The notes under the pieces are model-generated. The model was not told where the DNA came from, ran no database searches, and saw only the letters and a list, made by a program, of their open reading frames with translations. A stretch of DNA of 64,000 nt from Octopus sinensis (taxonomy: Eukaryota), in the NCBI RefSeq assembly GCF_006345805.1, contig NC_043001.1, forward strand, positions 119,102,001 through 119,166,000, given 5' to 3'. The translations under genes and the position numbers were made by a program. Within the stretch, counting starts at the first letter, position 1; each line of letters starts with the position of its first letter. Shown here piece by piece: positions 49,632-64,000 of this stretch.

Positions 49632-50839
49632 ATGTATGTATGCATACATATATGTGTCTGTATATACATATATATATATATAGTATATATATATATATTA
49701 TATATATATATATATATAGCTATATAAGTATACTATATATTGTGAACACGTTAATAATTTCAGCTGTATATGTGCTTACACTCACACACACACACACACA
49801 CACACACAAGCACGCACAGACGTACACAACCAGACACGCACACAGATATACATGCGCATAATACACATGTATACATATGTACACCTGCGAATTTGTGCGT
49901 ATTGTGTATGTGCGAGTGAAAGACTGTAGTTGTTTGTTTAAAATGGCGAGTGATTTATTATTAGCAATAGAAAGAGAATTATATAAGGCGTGTATTCATT
50001 TACAAACATGCAATAATCCTATGCTCACAAATATATCTATGTATATACGTATGTTGTTATATATGTCCACATTCTTGTATGAATGTCCATGTGTATCTGT
50101 TATGCAACATGTGTGTCTACTGCTTGCTGTGGGTAAACGTATAATTTATGAATGTTACGCATATCATTGAGAAAGCCATGTTTTGTAACGCCTGAAGTTA
50201 GATTCTGAGAATTTGGAAGGATTGCCAGCACCTCCCACATTCTCATTTCCTTGTATTGAAAAGCAAACCGAATACTTTGTCATATTATTTTCGACTGGAG
50301 CTCACATCTCGATGAAGTTTGCAATTCATTTTTCCTGATTTAATACATTAGTAACATAAAAGTATACGGTAGCAGAAAACATGAGATGTGAGAGAGAGGG
50401 AAGAGGGAGGGAGAGAGAGAGAAAGAAAGAAAGAAAGAGAGGGAGAGAGGGGTGGGTGGAGTATAAGATGTGCTCTGATGGAAATTTTTCTATGGTTTAT
50501 TTAGATCGAAACAGAAGTTTGAGGATGATGCATATATACAAAATATATTTAACTACGTTCTCAAGTGGCTGCAACGGAGATACGTTTCACAAGTCCGCAT
50601 CAGGAATCTGTGTCCCATTTACCTTTTGTATGACGCCACTCTCATTAACCTCAATGTAGCTGAGTAAATGTCCTCTTCTTTTAGAATGCTGAATTCTCCA
50701 TAACACCTGATGTGGCCTATTGAAGAGTAAGATAGACGTAGCTTGCAGCGCCTAACCAGGAGAAACCTCGTTTATATGCCTAGATTATAAACTTATAATT
50801 AGGGTTTCGATATTTCGTCGCTATTTTATTTAATCCTTC

Positions 50840-51225
50840 ATTTGTTTCAGTCATTGGATTTCTGACATACTTTGAAGAGTTCTGTCGAAGGAGTCAATTA
50901 CAGCATTTATATTTTTAAGCTTGACACTTATTCTATGGGATCACTTTTGCCGAAACCGCGCTATGTTCCAGGGAAGTAAACAAACCAACAACAGTTTCAA
51001 GCGGTAGTGTGGACATGTATAAGCACAGTCATAGATGCACACACACACACTCTCACACATGCATATACGACGGGTTTCTACACACCTTCCGGTCACCAGA
51101 TTAACTCACAAAGCATTGGTTGACTAAGGGCTATAGTAGAAGACACAACCCCAACATACCACGCCATGAGACTGAAGTTCGAACCATGTGGTTGCAAGTC
51201 AATCTTTCAAGCACACATCCACGGA
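50840..51225 (-). mobile_element. SINE family 2, degenerate full length
   Basis: TTTGTTTCAGTCATT tail; GGGCTATAGTAGAAGACAC core; TTCGAACCATGTGGTTG head. Confidence 0.75.
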
Positions 51226-51317
51226 GAAGAATTCTCTCTATACATGAGCCGAATGAAGTCAGTTCTGTTGAATTTAATAAATATACTCCTAAAGCATGAA
51301 AAGCAAATTTGTCACGC

Positions 51318-51353
<36 letters not shown>

Positions 51354-51991
51354 TCAGTCAGCTTTGCTTATAATCCTTTCCAGGGTTCTGGGTTTGCAGC
51401 GCTGTTGGAACATCGGTTGGGTATCTCGTTGTTTCTCATTTGACTCGTTGTTTTGTAACTCTTTGTACAAACTGTGGAGTTAGTAGAATGGTAACGACAC
51501 AGTCCGAGTGAAATTGAAAGAAAATTCAGAGAAAAGAACTTTATTAATAAATTCCAACACAAGCTAAATAAACCATAATACTAATACTTAGAAGTAGTAT
51601 TTCTATGGCTACGACCACTACCACTAACAACAACAACAATAATAAAGGTGCTCATTATGATGATTGCAGGAAAATACTAAGTCAAGAGAAAAGTCAGTAA
51701 AAATTATCTTATTTTGAGGTTTAAAGTTCTATTACAAGAGCTACTCCTACCACCACCACCACCACCACCACCACCATCATCAACAACAACAACAACAACA
51801 ACAACAATAACAACAACAACAACTACAACAACGATGACGACGACAACGATAGTAAAGCTGATAAGGATGATGATGATAATTGGAATGTAAAAATCTCTAG
51901 GAAATGTTTCTCACTATCTCCTTCGCCCTCTCTCTCTCTCTTCCACACACATACGCTCGCACGAATGCACGCGTACACACTCACACACACA

Positions 51992-52040
<49 letters not shown>

Positions 52041-52387
52041 TATATATTTGAAGTTAAATATCACTTTTGTTTTCAAAATATTATCATTCGCATAATGTAC
52101 ATATAAATGTTATATGTATGTATGTATGTATGCATGTATGTATGTATGTATGTATGTATGATGTATGTATGTATGTATGTATGTATGTATGTATGTATGT
52201 ATGTATGTATGTATGTATTTATGTATGTATGTGTGTATGTATGTATGTATGTGTGTATGTATGTATGTATTTATGTATGTATGTGTGTATGTATGTATGT
52301 GTGTATGTATGTATGTGTGTATGTATGTATGTATGTATGTGTGTATGTATGCATGTATGTATGTATGTATGTATGTATGTATGTGTG

Positions 52388-52421
<34 letters not shown>

Positions 52422-52726
52422 TGTATGTATGTATGGTGTATGTATGTGTGTATGTATGTATGTATGTATGTATGTATGTATGTATGTATGTATGTATGTA
52501 TGTGTGTATGTATGTATGTATGTATGTATGTATGTATGTATGTATGTGTGTATGTATGTATGTATGTATGTATGTATGTATGTATGTATGTATGTGTGTG
52601 TGTGTATGGATGTATGTATGTATGTATGTATGTATGTATGTATGTGTGTATGTATGTGTGTGTGTATGGATGTATGTATGTATGTGTGTGTGTATGGATG
52701 TATGTATGTATGTATGTATGTATGTA

Positions 52727-52934
52727 ACGGGAAGCTTTATGAAAATAGACAAAAGACGAAGGCAGGTGGAAAACAAACAAACAATTGTATTAGTATGGCG
52801 CTCAGGAAATATAAATAAAACAAGTCTTTAACGTTTCGAGCCTACGCTCTTCAACAGAAAGATACACAGAGAGAAAAAACACAGAAAGAAGGAGAGAAAA
52901 AAATGCGTGCAGTAACTAACGAATCAACATCGCG
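52727..52934 (-). mobile_element. Short hammerhead-bearing element, family A, inserted in (TATG)n
   Basis: Homology to 35785-35984. Confidence 0.8.
52825..52862 (-). ncRNA. Minimal type-I hammerhead ribozyme, complete fold, A6U variant
   Basis: UCUUU-CUGUUGA-A-GAGC-GUAG-GCUC-GAAA-CGUU-AAAGA; predicted cleavage after GUU (between 52830 and 52829). Confidence 0.72.
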
Positions 52935-54266
52935 ATGTATGTGTGTGTGTATGGATGTATGTATGTATGTATGTATGTATGTATGTATGTATGTATGTAT
53001 GTATGTATGTATGTATGTATGTGTGTGTGTGTATGTATGTATGTATGTATGTATGTATGTGTGTGTGTATGGATGTATGTATGTATGTATGTATGTATGT
53101 ATGGATGGATGTATGTATGTATGTATGTATATATGCATGTATGTATGTGTGTATGTATGTATGTATGCATGTATGTATGTATGCTTATATAAATATAGAC
53201 ACAAACATATGTGCAAATATATACGTATGTATATGTGCATATATGTGCATATATATATACGTATAAAGATATATATATATATGTTTGCATATGTGCATAT
53301 GACTGTTTGCATATGTACATATGTCTGTTTGTATGTGTGTGTGTGTGTGTGTGTGTGCGTGTGTTTGTGTATACACATACACACATGCATTATGTGGGTG
53401 ATATTTTCAACAGATACTTTACAATTGTGTCTGATTCTTCATGTGTTTCAATCCTGTGTATGTACATATATTTGCTAGATTTCTAACATTTATTTATGGT
53501 TTGCTCCAGTGTGTTGATGCGCTATTTTCTATCATTAATAAAATTGTCGGCATTTTTAACGACACGGGTATGCTACAGTATATAAATATTTATTTGTATA
53601 AATAGGCAGGTGAGTAGATAGATAAGCTGTTTGTTTGCATGCATGCATGCGTGTATGTATGTATGTATGTATGTATGCATGCATGCATGTATGTATGTAT
53701 GTATGTATGTATGTATGTATGTATGTATGCATGTATGTATGTATGTATGTATGTATGCATGTATGTATGTATGTATGTATGTATGTATGCATGTATGTAT
53801 GTATGTATGTATGTATGTATGTACGTACGTACTATGTATGTATGTACGTACGCACACATGTATGTATACGTACACACACACACGAATTGGCAAAGAAGAG
53901 GGCATAGACATATATACACATTTATTCTAAGTAATGCTTCAAATGTATGTGTGTGCGTGTGTATGTGTGCGTGCGTGTGTGTGTGTGTTTGTGTGCGCGT
54001 GTACGAGTGCATATGTCTGTCACATATAACTTAGAAGTTAGACCGATAGATAATTAGTTAGACAGATAGACACATTGACAGACAGTCAGCCACACAGACA
54101 GAGTGACATAAAGCCCTGGGTAATGGAGAAATTGTCAGAGAAAAAGAGAGATAATATAACCAATACTCTCTACTACGTAGTGTATTGCTTCTTTCATAGA
54201 ATAATATTACCATTACATCAGCATACAAGAAATACAATTAGGGAGAGAGAGAAAGAAAGGCAGAGT

Positions 54267-54306
<40 letters not shown>

Positions 54307-54679
54307 GGCCATGGTAGAAAGTCTGTATATGAACAAGGAGTGTGGTGTAAGGAAGGGGAGTACTCCGGTGACACAGATCTTGGAGGACGTGGACGCTTGT
54401 CTGTGAAGCAACAAACCAGTATTTTACATGTATCGATCTTTCAGTCTATATATTATATAGACTCCGCTATATAATGTTCAGTGATACAGCTGGCAGCGGT
54501 GGGGGAAGGATGCGGAGTGGGTGGCAGAGGCGCTAATGTTGTTGGTGTTAGCGTCGTTTTGCACTAGTATTAGTAGTGGTAGTAATGGTGGTGGTATTTG
54601 ATGCTTTTGGTGTTTGTGGTGGTATTAATAGTAGTGGTAGTGATGATTGATGTTGCTTGGTGTTAATAATGGTTTTGGG

Positions 54680-54746
54680 GATGGTGGTTGTAGTAGCAGC
54701 AGCAGCAGTAGTAGTAGTAGTAGCAGCAGCAGTAGTAGTAGTAGTC

Positions 54747-54780
<34 letters not shown>

Positions 54781-55052
54781 CAGCAGCAGCAGCAGTAGTA
54801 GCACTAGTAGTAGTAGTAGCAGCAGCAGCAGCAGCAGTAGTAGTAGCAGCAGCAGTAGTAGCAGCAGCAGCAGCAGTAGTAGTAGTAGCAGCAGCAGCAG
54901 CAGTAGTAGTAGTAGCAGCAGCAGCAGCAGTAGTAGTAGTAGCAGCAGCAGAAGCAGTAGTAGTAGTAGCAGCAGCAGTAGTAGCAGCAGCAGCAGCAGT
55001 AGTAGCAGCAGCACAGTAGTAGTGTAGTAGCAGCAGCAGTAGTATAGTAGTC

Positions 55053-55086
<34 letters not shown>

Positions 55087-55105
55087 CAGCAGCAGCAGTA
55101 GTAGT

Positions 55106-55149
<44 letters not shown>

Positions 55150-55458
55150 CAGCAGCAGCAGCAGTAGTAGTAGTAGAGCAGCATAAGCAGTAGTGTAGGA
55201 GCAGCAGCAGTAGTAGCAGAGCAGCAGCAGTATTAGTAGTAGCAAGCAGCAGTAGTAGCAGCAGCAGCAGCAGTAGTAGTAGTAGCAGCAGCAGAAGCAG
55301 TAGTAGTAGTAGCAGCAGCAGTAGTAGCAGCAGCAGCAGCAGTAGTAGTAGTAGCAGCAGCAGTAGTAGCAGCAGCAGCAGCAGTAGTAGCAGCAGCAGC
55401 AGCAGTAGTAGCAGCAGCAGCAGTAGTAGTAGTAGTAGCATCAGCAGTATATATAGTC

Positions 55459-55492
<34 letters not shown>

Positions 55493-55511
55493 CAGCAGCA
55501 GCAGTAGTAGT

Positions 55512-55555
<44 letters not shown>

Positions 55556-55814
55556 CAGCAGCAGCAGCAGTAGTAGTAGTAGCAGCAGCAGAAGCAGTAG
55601 TAGTAGTAGCAGCAGCAGTAGTAGCAGCAGCAGCAGCAGTAGTAGTAGTAGCAGCAGCAGTAGTAGCAGCAGCAGCAGCAGTAGTAGTAGTAGCAGCAGC
55701 AGTAGTAGTAGTAGTAGCAGCAGCAGTAGTAGCAGCAGCAGCAGCAGTAGTAGCAGCAGCAGCAGCAGTAGTAGTAGTAGCAGCAGCAGTAGTAGCAGCA
55801 GCAGCAGCAGTAGT

Positions 55815-55881
<67 letters not shown>

Positions 55882-55885
55882 CGTA
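54680..55885. repeat. (GCA)n/(GTA)n mosaic with higher-order blocks
   Basis: Direct reading; recurring variant markers GTCGCA and AGAAGC. Confidence 0.9.
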
Positions 55886-56127
55886 GTGGATGATGTTTGT
55901 TTTTTTGTGTGCTTGTAATGGTATTGTAATGGTATTGATAATGGTGTTAGTGGTGGTGGTGGATAAAGCTGCTTTTGTTGGTGGTGGTATTCTTAGTGTC
56001 GATGGTTGATGCTGTTCATGTTTGTGGTGGTACTAGTAGCAATAGCAGTCGTTGGTATTAGTGGTTGTATTGGTTGCAGTGGCGTTGTTAGCTGTTGTTG
56101 TTGGTGGTGGTGGTAATAGTGCTATCG

Positions 56128-56181
<54 letters not shown>

Positions 56182-58560
56182 TGGTGGATGAGGATTTGGT
56201 GGTGGTTGTGGTGGTGGTTGTGAGGGCGGCAGCGGCGATGGTAGTGGTGGTAGTATTTGTTGTAGTAGAAGTAGTAGCATTAGTTGTGTTGTTGATGGTG
56301 CTGGTAATGACCATCCCGTCTCAAATTTCATCTTATTATCCAACACGTCCTCCTGTCTTTAAACACAATAGTGTCATCTAAAGGAGATTTGTCTTCTACT
56401 TCTAGCTTATTGCATGACCATGTCGTGGTTTATTCATTGGCGCAAAATCTTAATGAAGTTGCTGTTGTTTAACCCTGGATCAAGCCTGATCATGCAGACT
56501 AATGATCAAATGCATTCGAGCCATGACCATCACATCTGTTTATACATACATATATCACTACATTATTCAACATGCTCTTTTATATCGTATGAGTGTAGAA
56601 TGTACTTTGTAGGGAATTAGGCTGCTATTTCATTCACATTAAGTGACCATTGGTGGTCATATTAGTGGTCACTGTTGTGGTGAATTATTGTGGTAGGGGT
56701 GGGGCTGGAAGAAAATGTCATGTTGTTCGGATCAAGAATAATGGCTGAATTACTGTTGTTTTTATTGTTGTTGTTGCTGCTGACTACCTGATTAAACCTG
56801 ATCGAACCGAGAGCACCTATGATCATTGGTATTTGCGTTATTATCATGCTGTCTCTTTAGAGACATGTTTGTAGGAAAAAGGCATCGAATTGGTCGGAAC
56901 GTTAGAGCGGTAAACGAAATGCTTTCTGGTCGTTTGCCACCTTGCCTTTCATCCTTTCTGATTTGATAGTCCCAATTTAGAGCAGTGAACTACCTGTTGA
57001 TACTGCTGCTGTTTATGATGATCGTTTCATGGCTATGGTAAGGATAGTTATGGCAGTGATGGTGCTTATGACAGTGATAATTATAATGATAGTGATAATA
57101 ATGATGGCTCTGGTTGTGATAATGATGATCGTTGTAATAATAATGGTCGCAGTTGTGATACTGATAGGTATAGTAGCAACAATGATGGTTGACGTGGTAA
57201 TAATAACAGTAATACTTGTGGTGCGATAATGGTAGTTATGGTAGGGATAATGCTGGTTATGGTAGCGATAATAATATTGCTTATGGTGTGATAATAATGG
57301 CTTTACGGTGGAGATAATGATGATCGTGTTTGTGAGAGTAATGGCGGTTAGAAGTAAATAATAGCTTTCAGTTTTGTCGGTTATGTTTGCATTATGTGTT
57401 CATATTTTTAAAGCATGTATTTGAGTTATGTGTTGTTATTGTTATCGATATTGGTAGTAGTTTTGCCCTACATCAGCGCTGGTCAAGCAGTCTTTGGTCA
57501 TGAAACATTCCAACACGTCTTTTTTCCGGAATAACATTACCCAACTATATTATCTAATATGTGCTCTTTGAAATATTGCATAATTATTGTTGGTTGTGGT
57601 GGCCGTGGCTTTCCGTGATAGTCCAGGTGCTACTATTAGTAATGGCGATGATAGTGGTTTAGCAGAAACATTGGAAATCGATGTTGCTATTGTGGTGGTT
57701 TTTGTTGTTTAGGGCCAAATCATCTCTGATCAAAAAAATCAATGATCAGAGGTATTCCAGCCGTGTCCATTTCGTCCTTTATTTGCTATATGTGCAAGAG
57801 AATTTCGAATCATGATATAGATTGTAGCGCTTTCCAAGACTGTATGGTGTGGTTTTGGGGAAATTTGGCAGCTTTTTCTGCAGGTCGAGACAGCGGGTGG
57901 GATTAAGAAGGTGCCATTAGTATTGTTAATACTAATGTTGAAAGAGGTAATTGTGAGACTGATTGTAGAGAAGTATTAGATGTGGCAGGAGAGTTAATGA
58001 CTAAAGATACGTAGATATTAATAATGAAGAGAAGTAGAACATATGCTGAGGTAGGTAGAAAGCGTTGTTGGAGTGAGAGGTGATAGGTGTGGGGAGAGGG
58101 TTGATTACTGCAGGTAGAGCTAGATATTAACAATGAAGGTAAGAGGAACACAAGCTAGACGGTGCAGTTGGTACGAAGGCATTTTACAATGGCGAAATAC
58201 ACGTGATAGCGGTTTTACAGGAATTCATTTATTTGCAAGCGATGTATATAAACGTAATTCTATTCATTAAGCCCAAATCATTATACACATATAACTGTAT
58301 ATGTATGCACAAATTACATGTATGGATATATGAACATATACATAGACTTGTATACACATACACGTTCACATCCGTGTGTGTCTCTAAGTGTGTAAATGCG
58401 TACAAGAGCATGTTTAACTTTATTGTTTTACCCATCAAAGCATTTGAATTTTATACATGCATATAAACGCATATAAATTTATATAACCACTATTATGTAT
58501 GTATATGTGAGGGTATATAAATATATATGTATATGTGCATATTTGTGCTTGCGTGTGTGT

Positions 58561-58607
<47 letters not shown>

Positions 58608-58664
58608 ACGAATTAAAAAGGTGGTTTATTAGTAATTAGAAGCTAAAGGCAAAATTAATGGAGG

Positions 58665-58734
<70 letters not shown>

Positions 58735-58737
<3 letters not shown>

Positions 58738-59726
58738 AGATGCATTCCAGATGTTTTGAGACTTTAAAGTAGGCATTTATTAATTCCATAGAAGTGCAGA
58801 ATTCTAATCTCATTCTAAGTAGCGTCCAAAACACCGGAAGTTGTAGCGTTCCAGCTACTTCAGGAAATCTCTAAAGAAGTCCTCCAAGCTGAAGGTAGCC
58901 AAGACCCTTGTCACAGCCTGCTTCGTCTTCTCAATGTCTTCAAAAGTTCTACCCTGAGGTTCTCCTTCAACTTGGAGTACAACCTAAAATCACAAGAAGC
59001 AAGGACTAGAGTGTAGGGAGGGTGTGGGACGGTCATGACGATGCTCGCCTCTGTCAAGTAATTGGTTATCAGGATGGTATTGTGCACTGGTGTACGTACC
59101 ACTGACCCGAATGGAAGAATTCCAGCTTTTTACGACGAAATCTCCAAAACTTCAAAATCCCCACAAAAATGTTCTTTGTTGACCATCTTGTCAAAGAGGA
59201 CCCAGTGAATGAGCTGAATCATCTCCTTGCTGTCACTAACACGTATTTACTTATGTTCCGTCACTGGGCACCCTTGGATTAAACTTTGCCTAAATTTCAC
59301 GCACATTATTAATAATTCCGTGTTCAGTTGTGGTAACTACTCTAGAGTGTATGGTTATTGTCTTCATCTAGAAAATTACGAATTTTCTCTTCCAGCTCTA
59401 ATACGCTAGCGTCCCTCTCCCGCCTATATCCCTCAGCTTCGCTCCCCTCTTTTCTACCGACCTTGAATTTCTTGTGCAACAAAAACACAGATGCTAGGCT
59501 CTTGGAAGTCAATCTATAAGTAGTCTGAAGCATTTCATAAGTTTCCGAAGTGATTTTTTGCCGGTTTAACACAAAAGAATATTGAATAGCGAGCTTCAAA
59601 ACTGTCTTCATGTGGATTGCATTCTGAAAACTAGTCAGGTGTGACAAGCAGTGTTTGGTAAGTTGCGTTCAAAATGCTGTTACGAGTATAGCCATCTCCT
59701 TCAATCTGGAATAAAAAAAAGTTAGC

Positions 59727-59730
<4 letters not shown>
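58735..59730 (-). mobile_element. Mariner (DD34D) transposon remnant, internally deleted
   Basis: SETYEMLQTTY..SLASVFLLHKKFKVGR (HTH); PVHNTILITNYL..TVPHPPYTLVLASCDFRLYSKLKENL (HPPYSPDLAPCD-like). Confidence 0.85.
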
Positions 59731-59816
<86 letters not shown>

Positions 59817-60213
59817 CATGTCTCCAGCGGAAAACTGCGAGAACGACTCTAATTGCTATGTTCTATGGTTGTCAGCTCACAATGTACTTATAGAAAGCAG
59901 ATCAAAACGAGAGTTTATTCATAAAATAGTTGAGTTTCAACAAATCCTGTTTTGCTTTACATTCTATACACTCACTCACGCACATATGCAATCCTGCCAC
60001 ATAGAAGCATGTGTAAATTCTCCAGGGATACCTTCTGCATGTTGAAGAACGAATAAGTTAAGTGGTAGCTAACACATAATACCGCAAGAGAATGAAATAG
60101 AAATAGTGAAACGTTCTGAACATATACAATTTACAACAGCAATGAAAAAAAATCGTTTGTGTTAATAATTGTCTACTCCGCTCTCTCACTCTCTCTCTCT
60201 CTCGTTAATTGAT

Positions 60214-60244
<31 letters not shown>

Positions 60245-60248
60245 TATA

Positions 60249-60282
<34 letters not shown>

Positions 60283-60316
60283 TGTGTGTGTTGTGTGTTT
60301 GTGTGGTGTGTGTGTG

Positions 60317-60510
60317 TAGTAAATCCCCAAAAGACGAAGATCAAACAGAACGCGAGGACGTGGTACATGTAAAGTATTAGCAGACGTTCAAGGAACGAAA
60401 GATAGTTTAACGTTTCGAGCAAAGCTCTTCTTCAGAAATAGAAAAAAGTCCAATAGAAAAGGAAGACGGACGAAAAAAATCGTCAACGATTCTCATATGG
60501 TTACATTTTG
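60317..60510 (-). mobile_element. Short hammerhead-bearing element, family B
   Basis: Homology to 2065-2208. Confidence 0.75.
60403..60441 (-). ncRNA. Minimal type-I hammerhead ribozyme, canonical core
   Basis: CUAUUU-CUGAAGA-A-GAGC-UUU-GCUC-GAAA-CGUU-AAACUA; helix I only 3 bp. Confidence 0.72.
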
Positions 60511-61452
60511 AAATGACCGGAAGGGAATGGGTGAGGAAAAAGTTCTTTCTAAGACAGGTGAGTGTAAGAAAAGGAGGTTTGTGTGTGTATATGTGGGTAT
60601 GTGCGTGCGCGTAAATTTGTGTGTGTACATGTGTGTGTGGCGTTTGTGTGGTGTTGGCTATTTATATGTGTATGTGTGAGTGAACTTTATGTCTCTTAAT
60701 GTTGTAGGAAGAATTCAGCAGCATGGTAACAGGAGTGGTGGTCTTTTGTGTAGTTGTGTGTCTCTTCACATTTGCGTAGAGAAATGGTCAGTAGAAATGT
60801 ATTTGACTAGCAGTTTGAAGTATGTGTGTGCGTGTATGTATATGTTGTATGTGTGTGTTTTGTGTGTAGTGTGTGCATGGGTCTGTGTGTGTGAGTGTGC
60901 GTGTACGTGTGTGTATATGCGTGTGTGTATGTGCGTGTGTGTATGTTTGTGCGTGGGGTTGTATGTGGGGTTGTGTGTGTGGAGTTATTTGTGCGTTCCT
61001 CTGTGTGCGTGTGTGAAGTGTATAATTTGTTAATCTGTACTCAAGTGCGTGCGTCTATAAATGTGTATTTATGTAAATTTGTATATATATCTGTATATGT
61101 ACAGGTAGGTGTTTGTATGTGAATATTTGTGGATATGCACATGTGTGTATCCATGTAGATGTGCATCTACTAAGTTGGCCACTGGTGATAAGGTTGGACA
61201 TTTGTCGTTTTGATGACAGCTATTGAGACTGAAATACATGTCCATCACTGTCCGCTTTTTTCTCGAGAATCAATCTCTTTTTTCCATATTAGAATGTCAA
61301 ATTTGGAGAATTCTTCATTCTTCAGATTATCTCCCTTTCTCATCTTGATCTGGTCTCAGTCACCATCTTGTAATTATGACACATCCTTTTAAACCGGAAA
61401 TATTTTTATTAAATCAATAATTAATGTTGCATGGTATTTAACATAGCTGTAC

Positions 61453-61573
<121 letters not shown>

Positions 61574-61731
61574 CCATATGCATCTTTCAAAAGATGTTTG
61601 CAGATAAGGACACACATTTATGTGAATATATATTTTATATCTCTGCACTGGTATATACGTGTACGTGAAATTTTTGGGTTACACACATACAAACACACAA
61701 AGGAAACACAATACACAGACAGACAGACACA

Positions 61732-61766
<35 letters not shown>

Positions 61767-62070
61767 CACACACAAACACGCGCACACAAACACACACACA
61801 ACTACATGGCAATTCTTGAACCAAAGGACGCCATAAGAATTAAGTATAATTGTGCAAAAGCAAGTCTTTACATTTTACAGATTCATGTGTCCGCAAGTTT
61901 CAATGTCCATACATTTTTTCTCTCTGTCTTTCCCCTACGCACACAAACAGACACATACACGCACACATGTATATGTGTATGTGTTTGTGGGTGTGTGCGT
62001 GTGCATGTGCGTTAACGTATGTGTGCGTATATAATATGTATATATTTACGTTTTATACACACAAATATAC

Positions 62071-62101
<31 letters not shown>

Positions 62102-62499
62102 CATATACACATACATATTTAAATACATGTATGTGTATATGTATTTTATACGTATGTGTTTATATATATATATATATATATACATAGATATATTGATGCA
62201 TGCATACATACATGTATACATACATACATACATACATACATACATACATACATACATACATACATACATACATACATACATACATACATACATACGTATA
62301 TAACTTCTTTCTGTATGTATACACATATGTATGTATACGTAAGTTCATATATTCGCATATCTATATTTGTGTACGTGTAATGCATCATTAATTATGCCTC
62401 CATTTACAGGGATATGTTTTTTTTTTCTGTTTATATAAACAGTTCAACGGTGAGTCTCATTGAACGCATTTTAGCACGCACATACACACCAAACAACAT

Positions 62500-62555
<56 letters not shown>

Positions 62556-63400
62556 CACACAAGCACACACACACACAAGCACACACACACAAGCACACAC
62601 ACACACACACCAAGCACACACACACACACACACACACACCACACACAAACACCAACTACTCAGAATCATTAGGTGGGAAGATGTGTTATTAGAATATCTG
62701 TACAATAACAACATTGATTTCCTATGTGGACACATGGTTTAAAATGGCGACGAGACAGGAGAGGACATTGGAAGAAGCATTGATATTTAAACATTTCCCA
62801 CAAGTATTAATATTGTAATGAATGCAGTAATGTAAGGTGGACATAACAATGAACCGGTGAATTGAGACCGTGTCGCAGAATATGTCCACTGGTTACTTTT
62901 CCTTGTAACTTACAGTGGTCGCAAAAATATCACTCAGACATGCATGTCCATACACGAACGAGTACACACACACACACACACACACACGTACACACACACA
63001 CACACAACACACACACACATGTACACACGCGCGGGTGCACACGCACCACACAATATTACACATACACACACACAAATTGAGTGTCAATAGACTTGTTAAG
63101 CCGCAAGATAGGAAACTTGAAGTTACAGTCAACCAACATATTCAATTCCCTTGTTAGAATCCAATGCTAATCCTGTCAGTAACACACTCATAGTTATAGA
63201 TACTCTCATCCACACTCACATATCCTCAAACACATACGTTAATTTCACAAACAATCGCGCATTTTGTACCAATTAGCATACTTAAAACCGATTCTATTAG
63301 TATAACAGTCTAGATGTCATTCTACAAATCTTATTCTATATACCTCTTTGTATACTATTCAAATTCCATATATATACGATGTGGTCTCAAAAGGTTCCCG

Positions 63401-63434
<34 letters not shown>

Positions 63435-63699
63435 ATACGTGCATTGAAATGTACGTACTTATTGACCTATCCACACAATTGATCCATCGTGTTCCGACTA
63501 TCCCTTTATCATTCCCCCTCTGTTGCTCTGTGTATATATATGCGTGTGCTTCGTATGTTTCTTCCTATTTGTGCATGTGTATGTGTGTGTGTGAGTGTGT
63601 GTGTGTGTGTGTGCACGGGTGTATGTGCTCCTGCTGGTTTTGGTATATTGTTTTCATTTGCAAATACCTTGGCGTTAAGACTAATAATATCACTAATAC

Positions 63700-64000
<301 letters not shown>

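Larger units (their letters stand above)
52107..53190. repeat. Long (TATG)n array interrupted by a 208-bp insertion
   Basis: Direct reading; a further (TATG)n lies at ~53630-53840. Confidence 0.95.

Noticed and set aside
56770-56847. IPMIIGALGSI as an R4 fragment
   Set aside because: Overlaps a copy of the unclassified CTGATC..CCTATGATCA repeat; too short to assign.
62747-62806. AAAATGGCG start MATRQERTLEEALIFKHFPQ as a first exon (similar site near 49943)
   Set aside because: Weak donor and no support; may be only a YY1-like motif.

Overview
AT-rich, microsatellite-saturated eukaryotic DNA. The SINE and LINE content points to an octopus or other coleoid cephalopod genome (inference, not a database result). 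No intact host gene can be supported: almost all listed ORFs are translations of simple repeats. The window is a mosaic of decayed elements: two Tc1 copies and one mariner, Helitron-type non-autonomous elements, hAT, mariner and unclassified MITEs, three tRNA-derived SINE families, RTE, R4/Dong, Tx1-like and CR1-like LINE pieces, and several Penelope-like (PLE) remnants. The most interesting signal is six ~150-215 bp short elements in three families, each carrying a minimal type-I hammerhead ribozyme fold (CUGNNGA / helix II / GAAA / palindromic helix III / NUH), with a compensatory change in helix I between copies. Other notable items are a candidate HDV-like ribozyme at the 5' end of a non-autonomous RTE, a PLE fragment with a 5'-inversion signature, and two tail-to-tail Helitron-like elements sharing one perfect palindrome.
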